Assembly: GCA_004431415.1 (NCBI GenBank)
Contig: QPMI01000193.1
Coordinates: forward strand, 116,787 to 180,786
Length of the DNA: 64,000 nt
DNA from: Cyanophora paradoxa CCMP329
Lineage: Eukaryota; Plantae; Glaucophyta
Direction: 5' to 3'
In this document: positions 13,636 through 26,206 of the stretch, piece after piece
Layout of the letters: every line of letters starts with the position of its first letter
Position numbering within the stretch: the first letter of the stretch is position 1
Translations under genes and position numbers: made by a program
The notes under the pieces: generated by a model
Databases searched by the model: none
Told to the model about the DNA's origin: nothing
What the model saw: only the letters and a program-made list of their open reading frames with translations

Positions 13636-15433
13636 AGGGGCCGCGACTCCTCCTCTGCATAAGAGGAGCGGCCCGGCGGGGAAGAGGGGGCGCTCGCAGG
13701 CGCCGCCCGGGGCGCTCGGCGTCTAGCGGCTCGGCCACCCTCGGCTGGGGCTTCCGCGCGGAAGCCGGCGGAGTTGGCGAGCTGGCGCAGGGCCCGCTCG
13801 GTCGGGCCAGCTGCATCCTAAAGATGCCCAGCGGGACGTCGGGATCCTCAGGCTCAGCCCCTACAGCATGTTGCGGGATGCCGAAGCCTTCGGCGCCCTT
13901 GTAGGCCGCGGGCTTGGACGAGGAACCGTCTGCACCGCCTGGCTGCCAGACGGGGTGGTCCTTAGGGAGACGCGAGCACGCGTCGGGACCCCCGTTCTGC
14001 TTGCCAGGGCGGTAGACGATCTCAAAGTCGTAGGCCTGCAAGAGCAGGGACCAGCGACCGAGGCGGCCCGTCGTCGGGTCCAGCGTCTTCAGCCACTGGA
14101 GGGCGTGGTGGTCGGTCCGCACCAGGAACTGGGGGCCGCCCAGCAGATAGTGGCGCCAATACTTAATGGCCCAGACTACTGCGAGGCACTCCAGCTCCGT
14201 AGCGGAGTAGTTCATCTCGGCCGGCAGCAGCGTGCGGCTGATGAACGCGAGCGGCCGCTCGACGCCTTTGTCGTCGGCCTGGCTCAGAATTGCGCCGATA
14301 GCGTAGGTGCTGGCGTCCGTCTGGAGAATGAAGGGCTTCGAGAAGTCCGGGAACCGCAATATAATATCGCGGCCCAGGAGTTCTTTCAGCTCCTTAAAGG
14401 CGCGGTCGGCGGGGCCGTCCTCTGGCCAACTCCAGACGGCGTCCTTCAATAGAAGGCGCTGCATGGCGTGCACCACTTTGGAGAAGTTCTCGACAAAGCG
14501 GCGGTAGTAGCCGGCGAGGCCGAGGAACGAGCGGAGCTCGTCCGCGTTCTTCGGCGTCTGCCAGTCCGTGATCACCTTGGTCTTCGCAGGGTCCTGGCGG
14601 ATCCCTTCGGCGGAGATGCGGTGGCCGAGAAGGTCGATTTCAGGCACGCAGAAGCGGCACTTCGACGGCTTCAGGCGCAGGTTCGCCTTAGAGATCGTCT
14701 CGAAGAGCGCCTTCAAGTCTAGAAGGTGCTGATCGATGGACGGTGAGAAGACCGTGATATCGTCGATGTACGCGACGACGCAGGTGGTCAGCAAGGGGCC
14801 CAGGATCGCAGTGATCGCGCGGGAGAATGCCGCGGGCCCGTTCGTGACCCCAAACGGCGTAACCTTCCACTGAAAGTGACCCCAGGGGACCACAAATGCA
14901 GTGTAGGCTCGGGAGCCGGGGTGCAGAGGCAGCTGCCAGAAGCCGGCAGTCGCGTCAGCAGTCGAGAAGACCATCGAGCCGCGGAGGCGCTCGAGCTGGT
15001 CGTCTATGCGGGGTAGGGGAAACACGTCCCGCTCGGTGATCTGATTCAGCCTCCGATAGTCGACACAGAAACGCCAAGTGCCGTCCTTTTTGGGGGCCAG
15101 CACTACCGGCGAGCCATATGCCGCTTGGGAGGGCTCGATCAGCCCAAGCTCAAGGAGTTTCTGAATTTCCTTGCGGGCGTGTTCCTCGGCGTGCGGGTTC
15201 ATACGCCGCGGAGGCGTGAACACCGGAAGGCGAGTCGTGAGTTTGATCACGTGCTCGTAATAGAGCAGGTTGCTGGTGCCCTCTTTGGCCTCGACCTTGT
15301 CTGCGAAGACATCCTTGTAGCGCCGCAGGAGCGCGTGAAGTTCGGCTTTCTGCGCCGTCGTGATTGACGGGTGAGAGCCGAGCTCAGGAATCTTCTTCAG
15401 CAGCTCTTGCCACTCCTCCTCTGCATTAGGCAC
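13616..15433 (-). CDS. Reverse transcriptase-RNase H (Ty3/Gypsy type)
   Basis: KKDGTWRFCVDYRRLN, FPLPRIDD, PFGVTNGPAAF and YIDD; RNase H motifs QTDASTYAIGAILSQ, ELECLAVVWAI and TDHHAL. Confidence 0.97.
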   Translation of the reverse strand: MPNAEEEWQELLKKIPELGSHPSITTAQKAELHALLRRYKDVFADKVEAKEGTSNLLYYEHVIKLTTRLPVFTPPRRMNPHAEEHARKEIQKLLELGLIEPSQAAYGSPVVLAPKKDGTWRFCVDYRRLNQITERDVFPLPRIDDQLERLRGSMVFSTADATAGFWQLPLHPGSRAYTAFVVPWGHFQWKVTPFGVTNGPAAFSRAITAILGPLLTTCVVAYIDDITVFSPSIDQHLLDLKALFETISKANLRLKPSKCRFCVPEIDLLGHRISAEGIRQDPAKTKVITDWQTPKNADELRSFLGLAGYYRRFVENFSKVVHAMQRLLLKDAVWSWPEDGPADRAFKELKELLGRDIILRFPDFSKPFILQTDASTYAIGAILSQADDKGVERPLAFISRTLLPAEMNYSATELECLAVVWAIKYWRHYLLGGPQFLVRTDHHALQWLKTLDPTTGRLGRWSLLLQAYDFEIVYRPGKQNGGPDACSRLPKDHPVWQPGGADGSSSKPAAYKGAEGFGIPQHAVGAEPEDPDVPLGIFRMQLARPSGPCASSPTPPASARKPQPRVAEPLDAERPGRRLRAPPLPRRAAPLMQRRSRGPCASQCS

Positions 15434-16405
15434 CGGCCGCGGTGCCTCAGCGGGCTTCGCGTCGGGTGCTGCAGTCGTAGGGGTGGGGCATCGGGCCGGG
15501 CCGAAAGCGAGGCTGTGACCACACTCTGGGGTGGGGCCTCGGCGTCGGCGACCGGTGCGGCCTTGCGGACCGTAACGTCGCCGCGCATGGCGCGGACTGC
15601 ATCGAGCAAGTCGCGCTCCGCTTTTTCGGAGAGACCGGGGAAGGTCGAGCGCAGGGTGGCGTCTCTGGGGACGGACACTGCCTCGACTGCGGCGACGAAC
15701 TCGTCGACCGAGGGCCTGTGATCGGGGCCGGCGTTGGGGACGCGCTTCGTGACGACGTGCTCATAGCATCGTCGTCGAGGCTAATGATGCTCATAGCATC
15801 AAGGTCCTGCAACGGCCGGTCGGCTGTGTCGAAGGGCAGCTCGCCAAACGTGACGACTATATCGTCGACGTCGTAGGGCGGTGCGCGGGGTGGGTCGGCG
15901 GGCTCAGCAGGCGCTGCGCTAGACAGAGCGCGCTGCTTTTCCGCCTCATCTACGACAGAACGTAGGGTGGAGATTATTTTCTCAACGTCTTTGGCGGGCT
16001 CATATGCCGCGCCAAGCATGCGTGCTTTTCTATTAAAGTGGCGGAGTCCAGTGCGGCGTTTGGCAGGCACGATTCGCAGCCGGCGAATCAAGAGGTCTGT
16101 CAATGCACTCGCACTACAAGGCATTTGCTCAGGTTCGTACTCAAAATCACCAGGCGGTAGGGCGACCGCCGAAGCGACCGCTACTACCGATCCTAGCGGC
16201 AGGGTTACCGGCTGCCGGCCAGGATTGCACAACCGCACGTGAAACATTTTGTCTCCCGGGTGATTATGCAGCTGGTAAGGGCAGAGTACGCCCAAGGCTT
16301 GCGGGGACTCCGGCGACGGCTCGACGTAGAGGTGCGGCAACTCACGCGTTGCCGGGCCCTGCCCATTGAGCGTGCATGGGACGAGGGCCTCTCCGACGGG
16401 GAGCT

Positions 16406-17713
16406 TTACTGGTCCCAGGACTCGGACCAGGATCCCAAGCTGGTCCGGAGCCGAAAAGGGACGACGACTTCGCGGTGCAGGTGGTCACGGGCCCGGAGGC
16501 ACCACCCGGACAGCGTCGTGTCGATCTGGCCGTGGACGGCCTGGATCGCGTCCAGGCCGAGCAGAATGTCCGGCTCAACGCCCATGGCGCCGCGCGGGAC
16601 GACGAAGACGCGGCGGCAGAAGCGGAGCGAGCCCAGAACGAAGACTACGTCGGCGCGGCGACAACGAATTTTGTCCCGGTCCATGAAACCGCGGACTATC
16701 GTGTGGCCCTCGACGTAATTGACTTCGTCGGGCGGCAGGCGGTCGAGGACTTCCTGGGGAACTACAGTTCCCTGGGCGCCCGTGTCGACAACAATGCGAG
16801 CGGGCCGTTCAGCGCCGGAGCGGCCGTTCGGCAGGCGCATAGCAATGCTGCCGTGAATGTGCAGTGTCTTTGGCCGGAAGAATTCCAGGGCCCGGTCGCG
16901 CGGGAAGCTAGGTCGGGCGCGGCGGACGTGGAATTCTGGTTCCGGCGGCGCGGGTGGACCCGACAGGTCCGTTGCGCTTGCGGTTGGGGATGGGGGCCGG
17001 GACTGGCGAGCCGCGGCTCGCTCGGCGACTCGGCGCTGCTCTGCCTGGTCGGCCAACGGCGAGGGCTTGGTCCGCTTGCGCGGGCCCGGGCCGTGGCGGT
17101 TGGCGTAGAGCAACTCGTCGCTGGGCGGGTCATAGCCGGCGCGCGTTCCCAGCGGCGTCTCCTCTGCCGGGCGGGGCACGGCGAGGGACGGGCGGTTTTT
17201 GGAGCCCAGGGCGTGGCCCGCGGGCATGAGAGCTTCCTCGTCGGAGGTCAGGCCCTCGGGGTAAATGATCGCGGCGGCCTCGAGCGCGTTCTGCGGGGCG
17301 AACGCCGCTGTCGGCGCTGAACCCGAGAACCACGCGCGAGTCGGCCGTGGCGGGGCCTTGTAGCCCGTTTTGCGCATCGAGATGCCGTAGCGGTCCATGA
17401 TCGCCTGATGCACCGCGCGTAAGGCGGGCTCCAGGGTCTTTGGATCGACCTGCAGCATTTGCGCGGGGTTCGACAGCCAGTTGAAGACCAGCACGGTCGA
17501 GCGCGGCCCGAGCTTGTGCAGCAGGCGGCGGGCCCAGGCCGGCGCAGGCTCGCGGCTCTTTGGTGGGGCCGGGGCGGGCGGCGCGGCTGGCGCCGGCGGC
17601 GCGACTGTTTGAGCGGGCGGCTCGTGGACGACCGTCTGGACGCGGCGGATCGAGATGTACTTCTCGTCCGCCGGCACCGGCACAGCGGCCCGGACCGACG
17701 CCGGCGTATGCAA
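16406..17713 (-). CDS. Retropepsin-like aspartic protease region
   Basis: IVVDTGAQGTVV active site and DILLGLDAI C-terminal motif. Confidence 0.9.
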   Translation of the reverse strand: MHTPASVRAAVPVPADEKYISIRRVQTVVHEPPAQTVAPPAPAAPPAPAPPKSREPAPAWARRLLHKLGPRSTVLVFNWLSNPAQMLQVDPKTLEPALRAVHQAIMDRYGISMRKTGYKAPPRPTRAWFSGSAPTAAFAPQNALEAAAIIYPEGLTSDEEALMPAGHALGSKNRPSLAVPRPAEETPLGTRAGYDPPSDELLYANRHGPGPRKRTKPSPLADQAEQRRVAERAAARQSRPPSPTASATDLSGPPAPPEPEFHVRRARPSFPRDRALEFFRPKTLHIHGSIAMRLPNGRSGAERPARIVVDTGAQGTVVPQEVLDRLPPDEVNYVEGHTIVRGFMDRDKIRCRRADVVFVLGSLRFCRRVFVVPRGAMGVEPDILLGLDAIQAVHGQIDTTLSGWCLRARDHLHREVVVPFRLRTSLGSWSESWDQ

Positions 17714-20700
17714 GTGGGCGGGAAGGTCACAGGGCGCGCGGGCCTCGTGCCCGCGGGGTGACGACGCTTCTGCGACGGTGTATACCGCGAAGAAGGGCTT
17801 TGGTTGGCTTTTGCCGCGGCCTGCATTGCCACGCGAGCCTCGTGCTGGCGCTCGCGCTCAAGCAAGGCTCGCCAGTCTTTGGTGCGATCGAGCGTGGCCC
17901 GCAGAGCCTCGAGATCGGCACGGGGCCCGTCTGGGAGGAGCGAGATCATCATGCCCGTCTCCCCAGCGGAGAGGCTGATCTGCATATCGATGCCGGCCCG
18001 GAGGGCGCGGCAGACGTCTTCCAGGGCCCGCCGAGCGGCCTGCTTTGCCTGGGCGAAGGCTTCGTCTGAGACCTTCTGAGCGCCGCCGGGCTTGGCGCGC
18101 GTCTCGGCGTGGCTAGCGCGGTGCGGATCTGGCGCTCGACTGTTTGAAGCCAAAGCCCCAATTCCGTGACCCCTTGGCCCCGGATCTTCACGTCGCGGCA
18201 GCTCGAGCACTCGCGCACAAACTGCAGGAGGCCCCTGCTGGGACGTCAGCCTGGGGGTTGAAAGTCGTGGCGGCGGAGGCGCGCGGCGCGGCCACTGAGG
18301 CGCGCGGCTGCTCCGGCGTCGACTGGTCTGCGCGCGGCGGCTCGGCCTGGCTCGCACGCGATGACCGCTCCTGGGCCTGAGAGATGGAGGCGCGACCCTC
18401 CGCAGGCTTGGACGGCGCCGCCGACTGCGGACCGGCCTCGCTCTGCCCCTCAGGCCCCTCTAGAAAGGGCTGCTGGCGCTCGTTGCGTCCGCCGTCGGCG
18501 GCTGCCCACCGATGGTGGCGCGGCGGCGCGGGCGAGGACGACGCGGACTGAGCGTCCATCTGGTTCTGGAGCTTGATCAGGACCAGCGCGGTGGCCTGCT
18601 CAGCTCGCGCGGACGCCGAGAGCGAGTCTGGCATCTCAGCGTACTGCGCCTTCCAGACCATGTCGAAGAGCTCGCGCAATGTGGGCGGGCAGCCTCGCAG
18701 GCGGGCGTCGTTCTCGTGCCGCTTGTACGCAGCGTCTACGGCGCCGCGCGGCGGGTCCGGCGGGCGGCGAGAGGACTGGCTGCTGCGAGGGCTGCGGCGG
18801 TCTCGCGGCGAGGCGCGGTCGCGCGAGCCCTTCTTCGAGCTTTTGCGCCGCTTATCGTCATGGCGGGGCTCCGGCTCGGGCTCCGATCGCGCGAGCGCGA
18901 GCGGGAGCTAGAGCGGGACGGTGTTCGGCTCCGGCGGCGTTCCCGCGAGCCTCGGCGAGGGCTCCGCCTGTCGCGAGTGTCGCGAGCCGTGGACCGTCGG
19001 CTCGGCGGGCTGCGGTCGCGGCGCGGCGGCGAGCGATCACGGCGGTCCGGGAGCGGCGGCGGGAGGCCTCGCGGTCCCGGCGGTCCGGCGAAGGGCGTCG
19101 GGAGCCCTCGCGATCGCGGCGTTCCAACGAACGGCGGGACGGCGGCGGCGCCGGGATTGCCGGTGGGGCTCCGGGGAGCGCTCGCGGCGCGTGGAGGGGC
19201 CCGCGTCTCGCGCCTGTCTGGGGTGCGAGAGCGGCGACTGGACGGGCTCGGCGCGGCTCGGGTGTGCGCGAGCGGCGCTGAGACGAGGCCCGCTCAGGGT
19301 CCGGCGGGCCTGCGACGCGCGACTGGCCGTGTCGTCCCTGCGGCTCGAGCTTGCCTCGGCCTGGCGGCTCGAGCTGGGCGGCGGCATCAAGGTCCGGGAG
19401 GGAGTCTCAGCCGGCGGGGCTTGGTCTGGCGGAGCGCTCTCGGCGATCCGCTCGACCTTCACCTTCCCGTCCGAGACGGTTACGCGCATGGTCTTGGGGT
19501 CATACCCCTGCTGCCGCGCGAGGAACGCATCCAGCCCGAACGGGTCGTTCGGGTCGACAGCGGGTTGTGCGGGTTGCGCCTGGCCACCGCCGCGGTCGCC
19601 GCCACGGTCACGGTGGCCTCGGCCGTCGCGACCGCGGTGCCGGCCGCCCCGCTGGTGACCCTGCCCGCGGCCGCCTCGGCCAACGGCCTGGCCCGCGTTG
19701 CGCCGGGGCCGCGCCTGCTGCGGCGCCGTCGGCGGCGCGGCGGTCTGCGCAGCGGCCTGCGCCGGCGCGGGCGCCGACGGGGTGGCGGATGGCGCCGCCT
19801 CGGCGGGTCGTCCGCGAGCCCGCCGACGATGGTTGAGGGCGGCTGGAACCGCACGCCCGCCCACGTCGCGCGGACCGCTCCTTCGTAGATCGGCTGGTAC
19901 GGCGTGCGAACCAGAAGGCTTTCGGCCTCCTTATCGACAGCCGCCGTCGCAGTCAGGCTGCGCCGGGCCGAGGGCGCGGCGCCCTTGTTCTGGACCGCGT
20001 CCCACATCAGCGCCGGGCGCAGAGCCTCAACGTCCCAGTCGGGGAGCACGGGGTCGTCCGTCTCCCAGTCGATCGGGCGCGCGAGGCGGATCGCGACATT
20101 CAGATCGGCGTAGAGCGAACGGAGCATCGTCTCGAACTGAGGCCGCAGGGTATAGCCTCATCGGTAAAGATGAGCCCCAGCGGGAAGTTCCCGGGACAGT
20201 TCTCCAGCTCCTCGGCGGCGCGGGCGGCCTCAAGGTGGCGCTGTATCCCACTCTTGCCCCGGCGCCAAGGTCATCGCCGGCGGGCCACGCGTCCTCGGCG
20301 CCGGCCATCGGGGGCGAGCCGAGCTCAAGACGCTGGTACCCGAGACCGTGCGGCATGTTTGTGAGGTACGCGCGGATGCCGTCCGCCAGCGCGCGGGCAT
20401 CCGAGTCGGCGCACTCATCCCTCGTCATAGTGCGCAAGAGGGCCCTGAAGACCTCGGCCACGTTCTGGGCATGGCGGCGTTCAGGGGCGCACAGTTGTCC
20501 ACCCGCTGCGCGAGCAGCGGGATGCGGGATACTGGAAGCCCTGCAGCATCGCGAGCAGGATCCGCCCACAGATCGCCGCACGACCCTCGTGGTCCGGCAC
20601 GACCGCATTGTTCGGGCCAAACTTCCACGCAAGCGTGGGATGACCGTCCGGGTACGTCGGCCTCGCGTCCGCGTCGAAGACCTTCTTGCCCTGAGGCAAG

Positions 20701-23700
20701 ACGTCGGACCCGCGGTCCGGCTTGGCCGTCGGCTTAGTCAGGAAGGCCTCGTGAATGAACACCATCAGACCGTCCGGCACCACGCAGCGGAACGAGTTCA
20801 ACACCTTGTTGAAGTCATCCATGTGATCGGCGACCGCCCGAGCGATCTCGGGGACGTAGTCAGCCGGGCGTTCCGACTCGACGTCCATGGCCGCAGCCGA
20901 CAGAAAGTCATCAGCCCAGTGCTGGCTGCGGAGGTGCTTGCCCGGCGCGTGACGCTGGAAGAAGCGCGCGTGCCAGGCCAGCGTAAAACCGATGGCCGTC
21001 GCGAGGATTTCCTCTTCCGCCGGGATCGGCGCCCAAGGGCACGTCCCCGGAGGTGAGTTCGGGAAAGGCGGCAGCTCGTAACCGAACGCGGTGACGAGCC
21101 GCGGGTTCGCGTGGCTCTTCTTGGGCTGGCTCGCAAGCTGGGCGACCGTCACTGCGAGCCACAGCTTCTTGTTCTCGCGCTGGTGCGGCGCGCCCCCTGC
21201 GACGTCCTTGTCGCAGGCAGCGTTCGGCGCGGGCGTGGCCGTGCCTGCCACGAGGCGGGGCGCGTAGATGCGCCGCGTCTGCAGGCGACCCTCAACGTTC
21301 TCGACGCGCTTGTCGGCGAGCGGGCGCAGCAGGGCCAGCACGGCGACGTCGCGCGCGAAGCGGGTCGCGAACGGCGTCCTGGCGTCCTCCTCGTTCGGGT
21401 CGGCGATGTTACCGCCCAAGACTGAGGTGTGCAGGGTGGGCGCTCGGGGTGCGGCATGTACGGCGGCGGGGCGTTCCGCGCGCCGCCGCCTTCGTGGAAG
21501 AAGGCGGTATACAGCACCCGCGAGACCTGGCCCAGGGTCGAACACACGGGTGCGTGGGCTGTGCCCTCGTGCGTGAGATCCCAGGCGCCCGTGTACGTCG
21601 GGACGGCAGACTGTGCGGTACGGGTCCCGACCGCGAGTACTGCACGATATCCAAGCTGACGCCGCAGGCGGCGTGCGGGAATGCAAGCCCCTGCAGGTCG
21701 AAGAGCTCCGGATCCTCGTCGAACGGCCGCTGAGGCGGGCCTACGAGCGAGAACCAGTTCACTATGCCGCGCGCGGCGGGGCCGACGCGCTTGAGCATAG
21801 TTGAGCACAGCTCGCCCATGTGCTGGTCCTGCAGCGTGAGCACGTCGACGTTGTACTCGTCAACGTCGCCGGCGTGCTGCCAGCGCAAGGGGTAGCTGAT
21901 CGCGGGCAGCGTTGCCCATTCAGTGAACCCTGGCTCATAGCATTCCAGGGGCCGGAAAAACGCGTGTTTCCGGTCCATGTACTCGCGCAAGAGCTTGTGA
22001 TCGTTGGCGTACGTCGGGTCCGCCAACGAGAACAGCGGCCGCGGCTGCCAGTCCTTGTGCGGCTCGAACGGCCTGTGCGCCGCCGCAGGGATGGCAGCCG
22101 GCGCCTCTTCCTTCTCGCCCTCTTCCTCTTCGCTCTCGACATGGTCAATGTCGAGCGGCTCGAGGCGGGGCTCAGGCTCATCGGCGATGTAGGTGCCCAC
22201 AAGCGCATCGTCGAACGTGAACGACTGCCGTGCAGCGTGACGCTCGAGGGCATGCAAGACCTTCTCCTGGAAGGCCGCGCGCTGGGCGGTCAGGGCCAAG
22301 CCCCTGTGCGGGTCGCTCTCGGCGGCTTCCTCCTGCGCGCGCGTCCCTAGCTGCAGGTGGCGGCGCAGCCAGCGAACCCCGTACGGGAACTCCAGGCCGG
22401 CGCGTTCCGCGGAGGAACGGTGGTCCCAACCGCCTCGGCGCGGAACATGGTGTGAGCACGCAAGAGGTACTGGGCCCACTGCGGCGGGATGACGGCCGCG
22501 CTCGGGTTGAAGCGGCCCCCGTGCGTCCACCGCGGCAGGCGCGTGGCAGGGATCGTCCAACGCAGAGTCAGGAAGTGCTCCAACTGCTGCTCCGTCCACT
22601 CATGCAGGTGGAACGGGAGATCGTGGGAGTGGGGCGTGACGGGGCCACGGAGCCCCAGCGCGATCATGAAGAGCTCGAACGCGGCCGCGTTGAGCCGCGC
22701 GAGGCGAACGGTGCGATCGGCTCTGAGCGCGACGCGGCCCTCCGGCGGCTCCTCGTGCGGCACGGGCGGCCCATCCAGGCGGTTCTGGATTGGCGTGCTC
22801 CTCTCGCTGGCGAGAAACGCCTTGAGGTGCGGGACCCGCAGGTCCTCGAACGTGCCCTTCAGTGCGTCGAAGGGGATGCTCCAGCGGTGGGCGAGATCAG
22901 ACCGGGCCGTCATGGGCCACTCGGTGATCTGTTTCCCCTCACAGAGCCGAGGCGGGCACCCCGGCACTGCGAGGACGCCGCTCATCACGCCATAGCCTCG
23001 TACAGGGCCCGCTGGCTCAGGTTCTCATCGATAGCCGACGGCGGCGGCGGCGGCGGCGCTTCCTCGGGCGCCTCATCGCCGTCGCCCCGCTCGCCCATCT
23101 CGGCGTCTTCCCCTCAGCCTGCCCACGGCGGGCGCTGCGGGTTCGTGGCCCCTGCGAGCCGCGCCCACGGGTGCTGACGCGCACGACCCCGTCCCGCGGC
23201 CACGCTCGCCGCGACGGGCGGCCTGCCGGGAGCCGGCGCGGTCGCGCGCGCGACGTCGAGTAGCGGCTCGCTCAGGCGAGGCTCGACAGGCGCGGGCTCA
23301 GTGGCGGGCGGCGTCGGAGCGGCGGTGGGCCGCGGCGCCATCGGCTCGCAAGCGGCGGCCATGTTGCCGCGGCGTGCAAGGTCACGAGCTTCGCCGTCGG
23401 TGCAGGCGGCGGGACAGGAACGGGCGCCGGCCGCGCCGGCGCTGGCGGGTCCCTCGGCGAGAGCGCCTTCACAGGCGGGCGCGGCGGCAGGCAGGCCTTA
23501 GCCTCCTTGATCGTCGCGCTGACGGCCTTCGCCGTGTAGGCGCCCGTCGTGTCCGACGCCGGCTTCGGCGTGGTGGGCAGGTCGTGGAGAGGAGTGGGGG
23601 TGCGGCTGCCTGCATCCGTGCGCCACTTCTCCACGAGCGCGATCATGTCCTTGACAGCCTCGTCATTGAAACCGGCCCGCTTCTTCAGCAGCCTACGGAA

Positions 23701-26200
23701 TAGAATGACGAGGTGGGCCCGGTCGCCCGCCTTGGCCCCCTCGATGTACCGGAGCAGCTCCGCGGCCCCGGCGGATCCGGGAACCGTGCGGGCCCAGGCT
23801 GCATCGCACAGGGCGGTGAGCGGCGGGCGCGGGCCGAGCTGGCTCAGCACGTAGAGCTCCTCAGGCACGATCGTGGGCAGCTGCCCGCCTCGCGTCGTGC
23901 CGTGCAGGGGCAACTGCGTGGTGCGCGTGATCGGGCGCACGCGGCCGACCCTCCACGTGCCAGGCTCTGCCCCGTGCAGGCGCGGCCAGTGCAGCCAGGT
24001 GTCGCACAAGTGCAGGTCCCGGAGGTGCAGAACGCGGGCGGCGGCGACGCGGGGCTCCACCGGAACGCGTTCAACCGTGCGGGACTCGCCCTCGCTCACG
24101 ACCGGGAAGGCGGGGCACGGCCGTCGCGGTACGCGGTCAGACGCTCCGCGAGCGCTGCCCGCAGCCATCCCTCGGCGTCCCGATCCGAGCGGAGACGTGC
24201 CCGCCCGGGATCGGAACCTCAACGGAGGCAGCCAGGACGGCAAGCGAGTGAACGGCTTCCGTGAACTCCGAGTCCGAGGGGACAAGAGGGTTCCCGTCGG
24301 CCAGGGCAACGGCGCTCTTGTGGGCGTCGTGGGGACCGGCGCGGCCGCCGATGCAAGCCACGGTCTTCCACTGGATCGCGTGCTCGAGGGCCAGCAGGGC
24401 GAAGCCATAGGCGTCGACCCGCGCGTCCACCATGAGCGGCTCGGCGAACTTAAAGAAGCGGCCGAGGATCTTCTCGACGGCGCCGGCGGTGCCCGGGGCA
24501 CCGTAGTCGACGCGGTGCAGGAAATAGCCCGCAACAGTCGAGGCGCACGCAAGGCGGAGGCGGTCCTGTGCCGGCAACAGCTCGCTCAGCTCGATTAGCT
24601 GGCGCGGCCCGACACTGTCATCTCGTGCGGCTCGAGAGAGGCCGCCACGGGCGAGTGCTGGCCAATGCTCCAGTGGCGGCGGTATGGCTCCAGCCAGCCG
24701 GCGGTAGCGACGCACTCGTCCCCAAGCTTCGTAAGCTTGTGGGCGTCGGGCTCGACTGCGGGGCGACCCTCGGGCGTGAGGCCCTCGGCGTGCGGCCACG
24801 CGTGGCCCCGGCCCACTTCGCGGCGACGCGAGAGGCCTGGTGCGTGAGGCTCATGATTTCATAATAGTGCGTCGGCCAGGCGTGAGCCAGCGTGTCCTGG
24901 GACAGCGGGTCATGCCCCAGCATCTGCAGGAACGCAGTGGGGAGGGTCCGCGAGCCGAGGTACGTGCTCTCGGTGGCGAGCGGCTGAGAGAACGCCGCAA
25001 GCAAGAAGGAGAGCGTCTGGCGGGTGCGGGCCGGGCAGCGGAACGCAGTGGCATACCACTGCTCGTCCCGGACCTCGATCAGCCCCTCGCTCACAGTGCA
25101 GCCGCAGTGAGTCTCGCACGGCGCTGGTACAGGAACGCCGCGCGGTCGAGCGGGACCGACGCGGCGCCCTTCAGCTTGTGCGCGTCCACGTTCCAGAGAG
25201 GAACGGGCCCAGCTCGTGCTCGCGGCCCTTCACCGGCTCTAACTCAACGGCTCCGAAGTGAGTGAGGTCTAGGCCGGGGCTAGCGCTGAGGAGGCGAGCG
25301 CGGTTGAGGCGCAGGGTCTCCTTAGACGCTACGGTCGCGTCCTCGTCGGCGAGGGAGGCGCCGTCGTCGGTCACCTCGAGGCTCGCTACCGTCTCGGCCC
25401 CGAGGAGTACCCCAGGCAGCAGCCCACGCCGGCGGCGGGGTCCGCCGGAGCCTCGGCGGCGGCGGTCTCGGGGACCGACTTGGTGGGAGCGAGCTCCGTC
25501 GCGGGCTCGGGACCCTTCGCTTCTGCGTCAGCGCCCTCGACCTCCGTTGGGTCCGGGGCGGCCGCCAAGAGGAGTGCGACCTCCTCAAGGGCGGCGTCCA
25601 CGATGCCGGCGGCGAGCTCGGCGGGGAAAGAAGTCGGCACGGGCGTCGGCGCGGGACCCTTCGCTGCTGCGTCAGCGCCCTCGACCTCCGTTGGGTCCGG
25701 GGCGGCCGCCAAGAGGAGTGCGATTTCCTCGAGGGCGGCGTCCACTGCGTCGAACGCGACCTTCTTCTCCCCTCGTCCAGGCCCGACTCCGGGCGGGTCG
25801 GCAACAGGTCCTGCGCCTCGCAGGGGCCGGCCTCTCGGCTCCCGTGGGGCACAGGTCTGGGCGGCTTTCCCGGACAGCTGCACTACTGCGATCGCGAAAG
25901 CGGTGGCGGCTGCGGCGACCGCGTTGAGAGCGGGGCCGTCCCGGGGTCCTGCAGCGCGGCGGCGTGCGCCGCGGCCGCTGCGGTGAAGGCTCGGAAGGTA
26001 TCGTCGACCAACGCCTCGTCGCTGCGCACGATGCGCACACGGTACACGTGCTTTTCCTTGCCAAGCTCGGCGGGCGCCGGGCCGCCGTGGGCCCCGACCC
26101 GTGGCCGCCGGTCGGCGCGGGAAGCAGTGCAGTCGCGGACGGGCCGGCGGCGCCGCTTCGGGCAGCCTGCTCGAGCATGGCGCGCGCGATCGTGAAGGCG
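17714..26200 (-). CDS. ~8.5-kb run of overlapping, frame-shifted ORFs of unknown function between Gag and protease
   Basis: Protein-like, same-strand ORFs abut one another (25094-24618, 24799-24137, 24552-23272, 22988-22347, 22599-21409, 21686-20481, 20632-20027, 20127-19480, 18679-18188, 18357-17248). No domain recognised. Confidence 0.7.
25509..25745 (-). repeat. Two ~93-bp coding direct repeats within the retroelement
   Basis: Encodes DAALEE(I/V)ALLLAAAPDPTEVEGADA(A/E)AKGP twice. Confidence 0.85.
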
Positions 26201-26206
26201 TTGGGG

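Noticed and set aside
15447-16340. dUTPase between protease and RT
   Set aside because: Only a VRLCNPGRQPVTLPLGSVVA-type strand common in Gypsy PR-RT linkers; the dUTPase catalytic motifs are absent.
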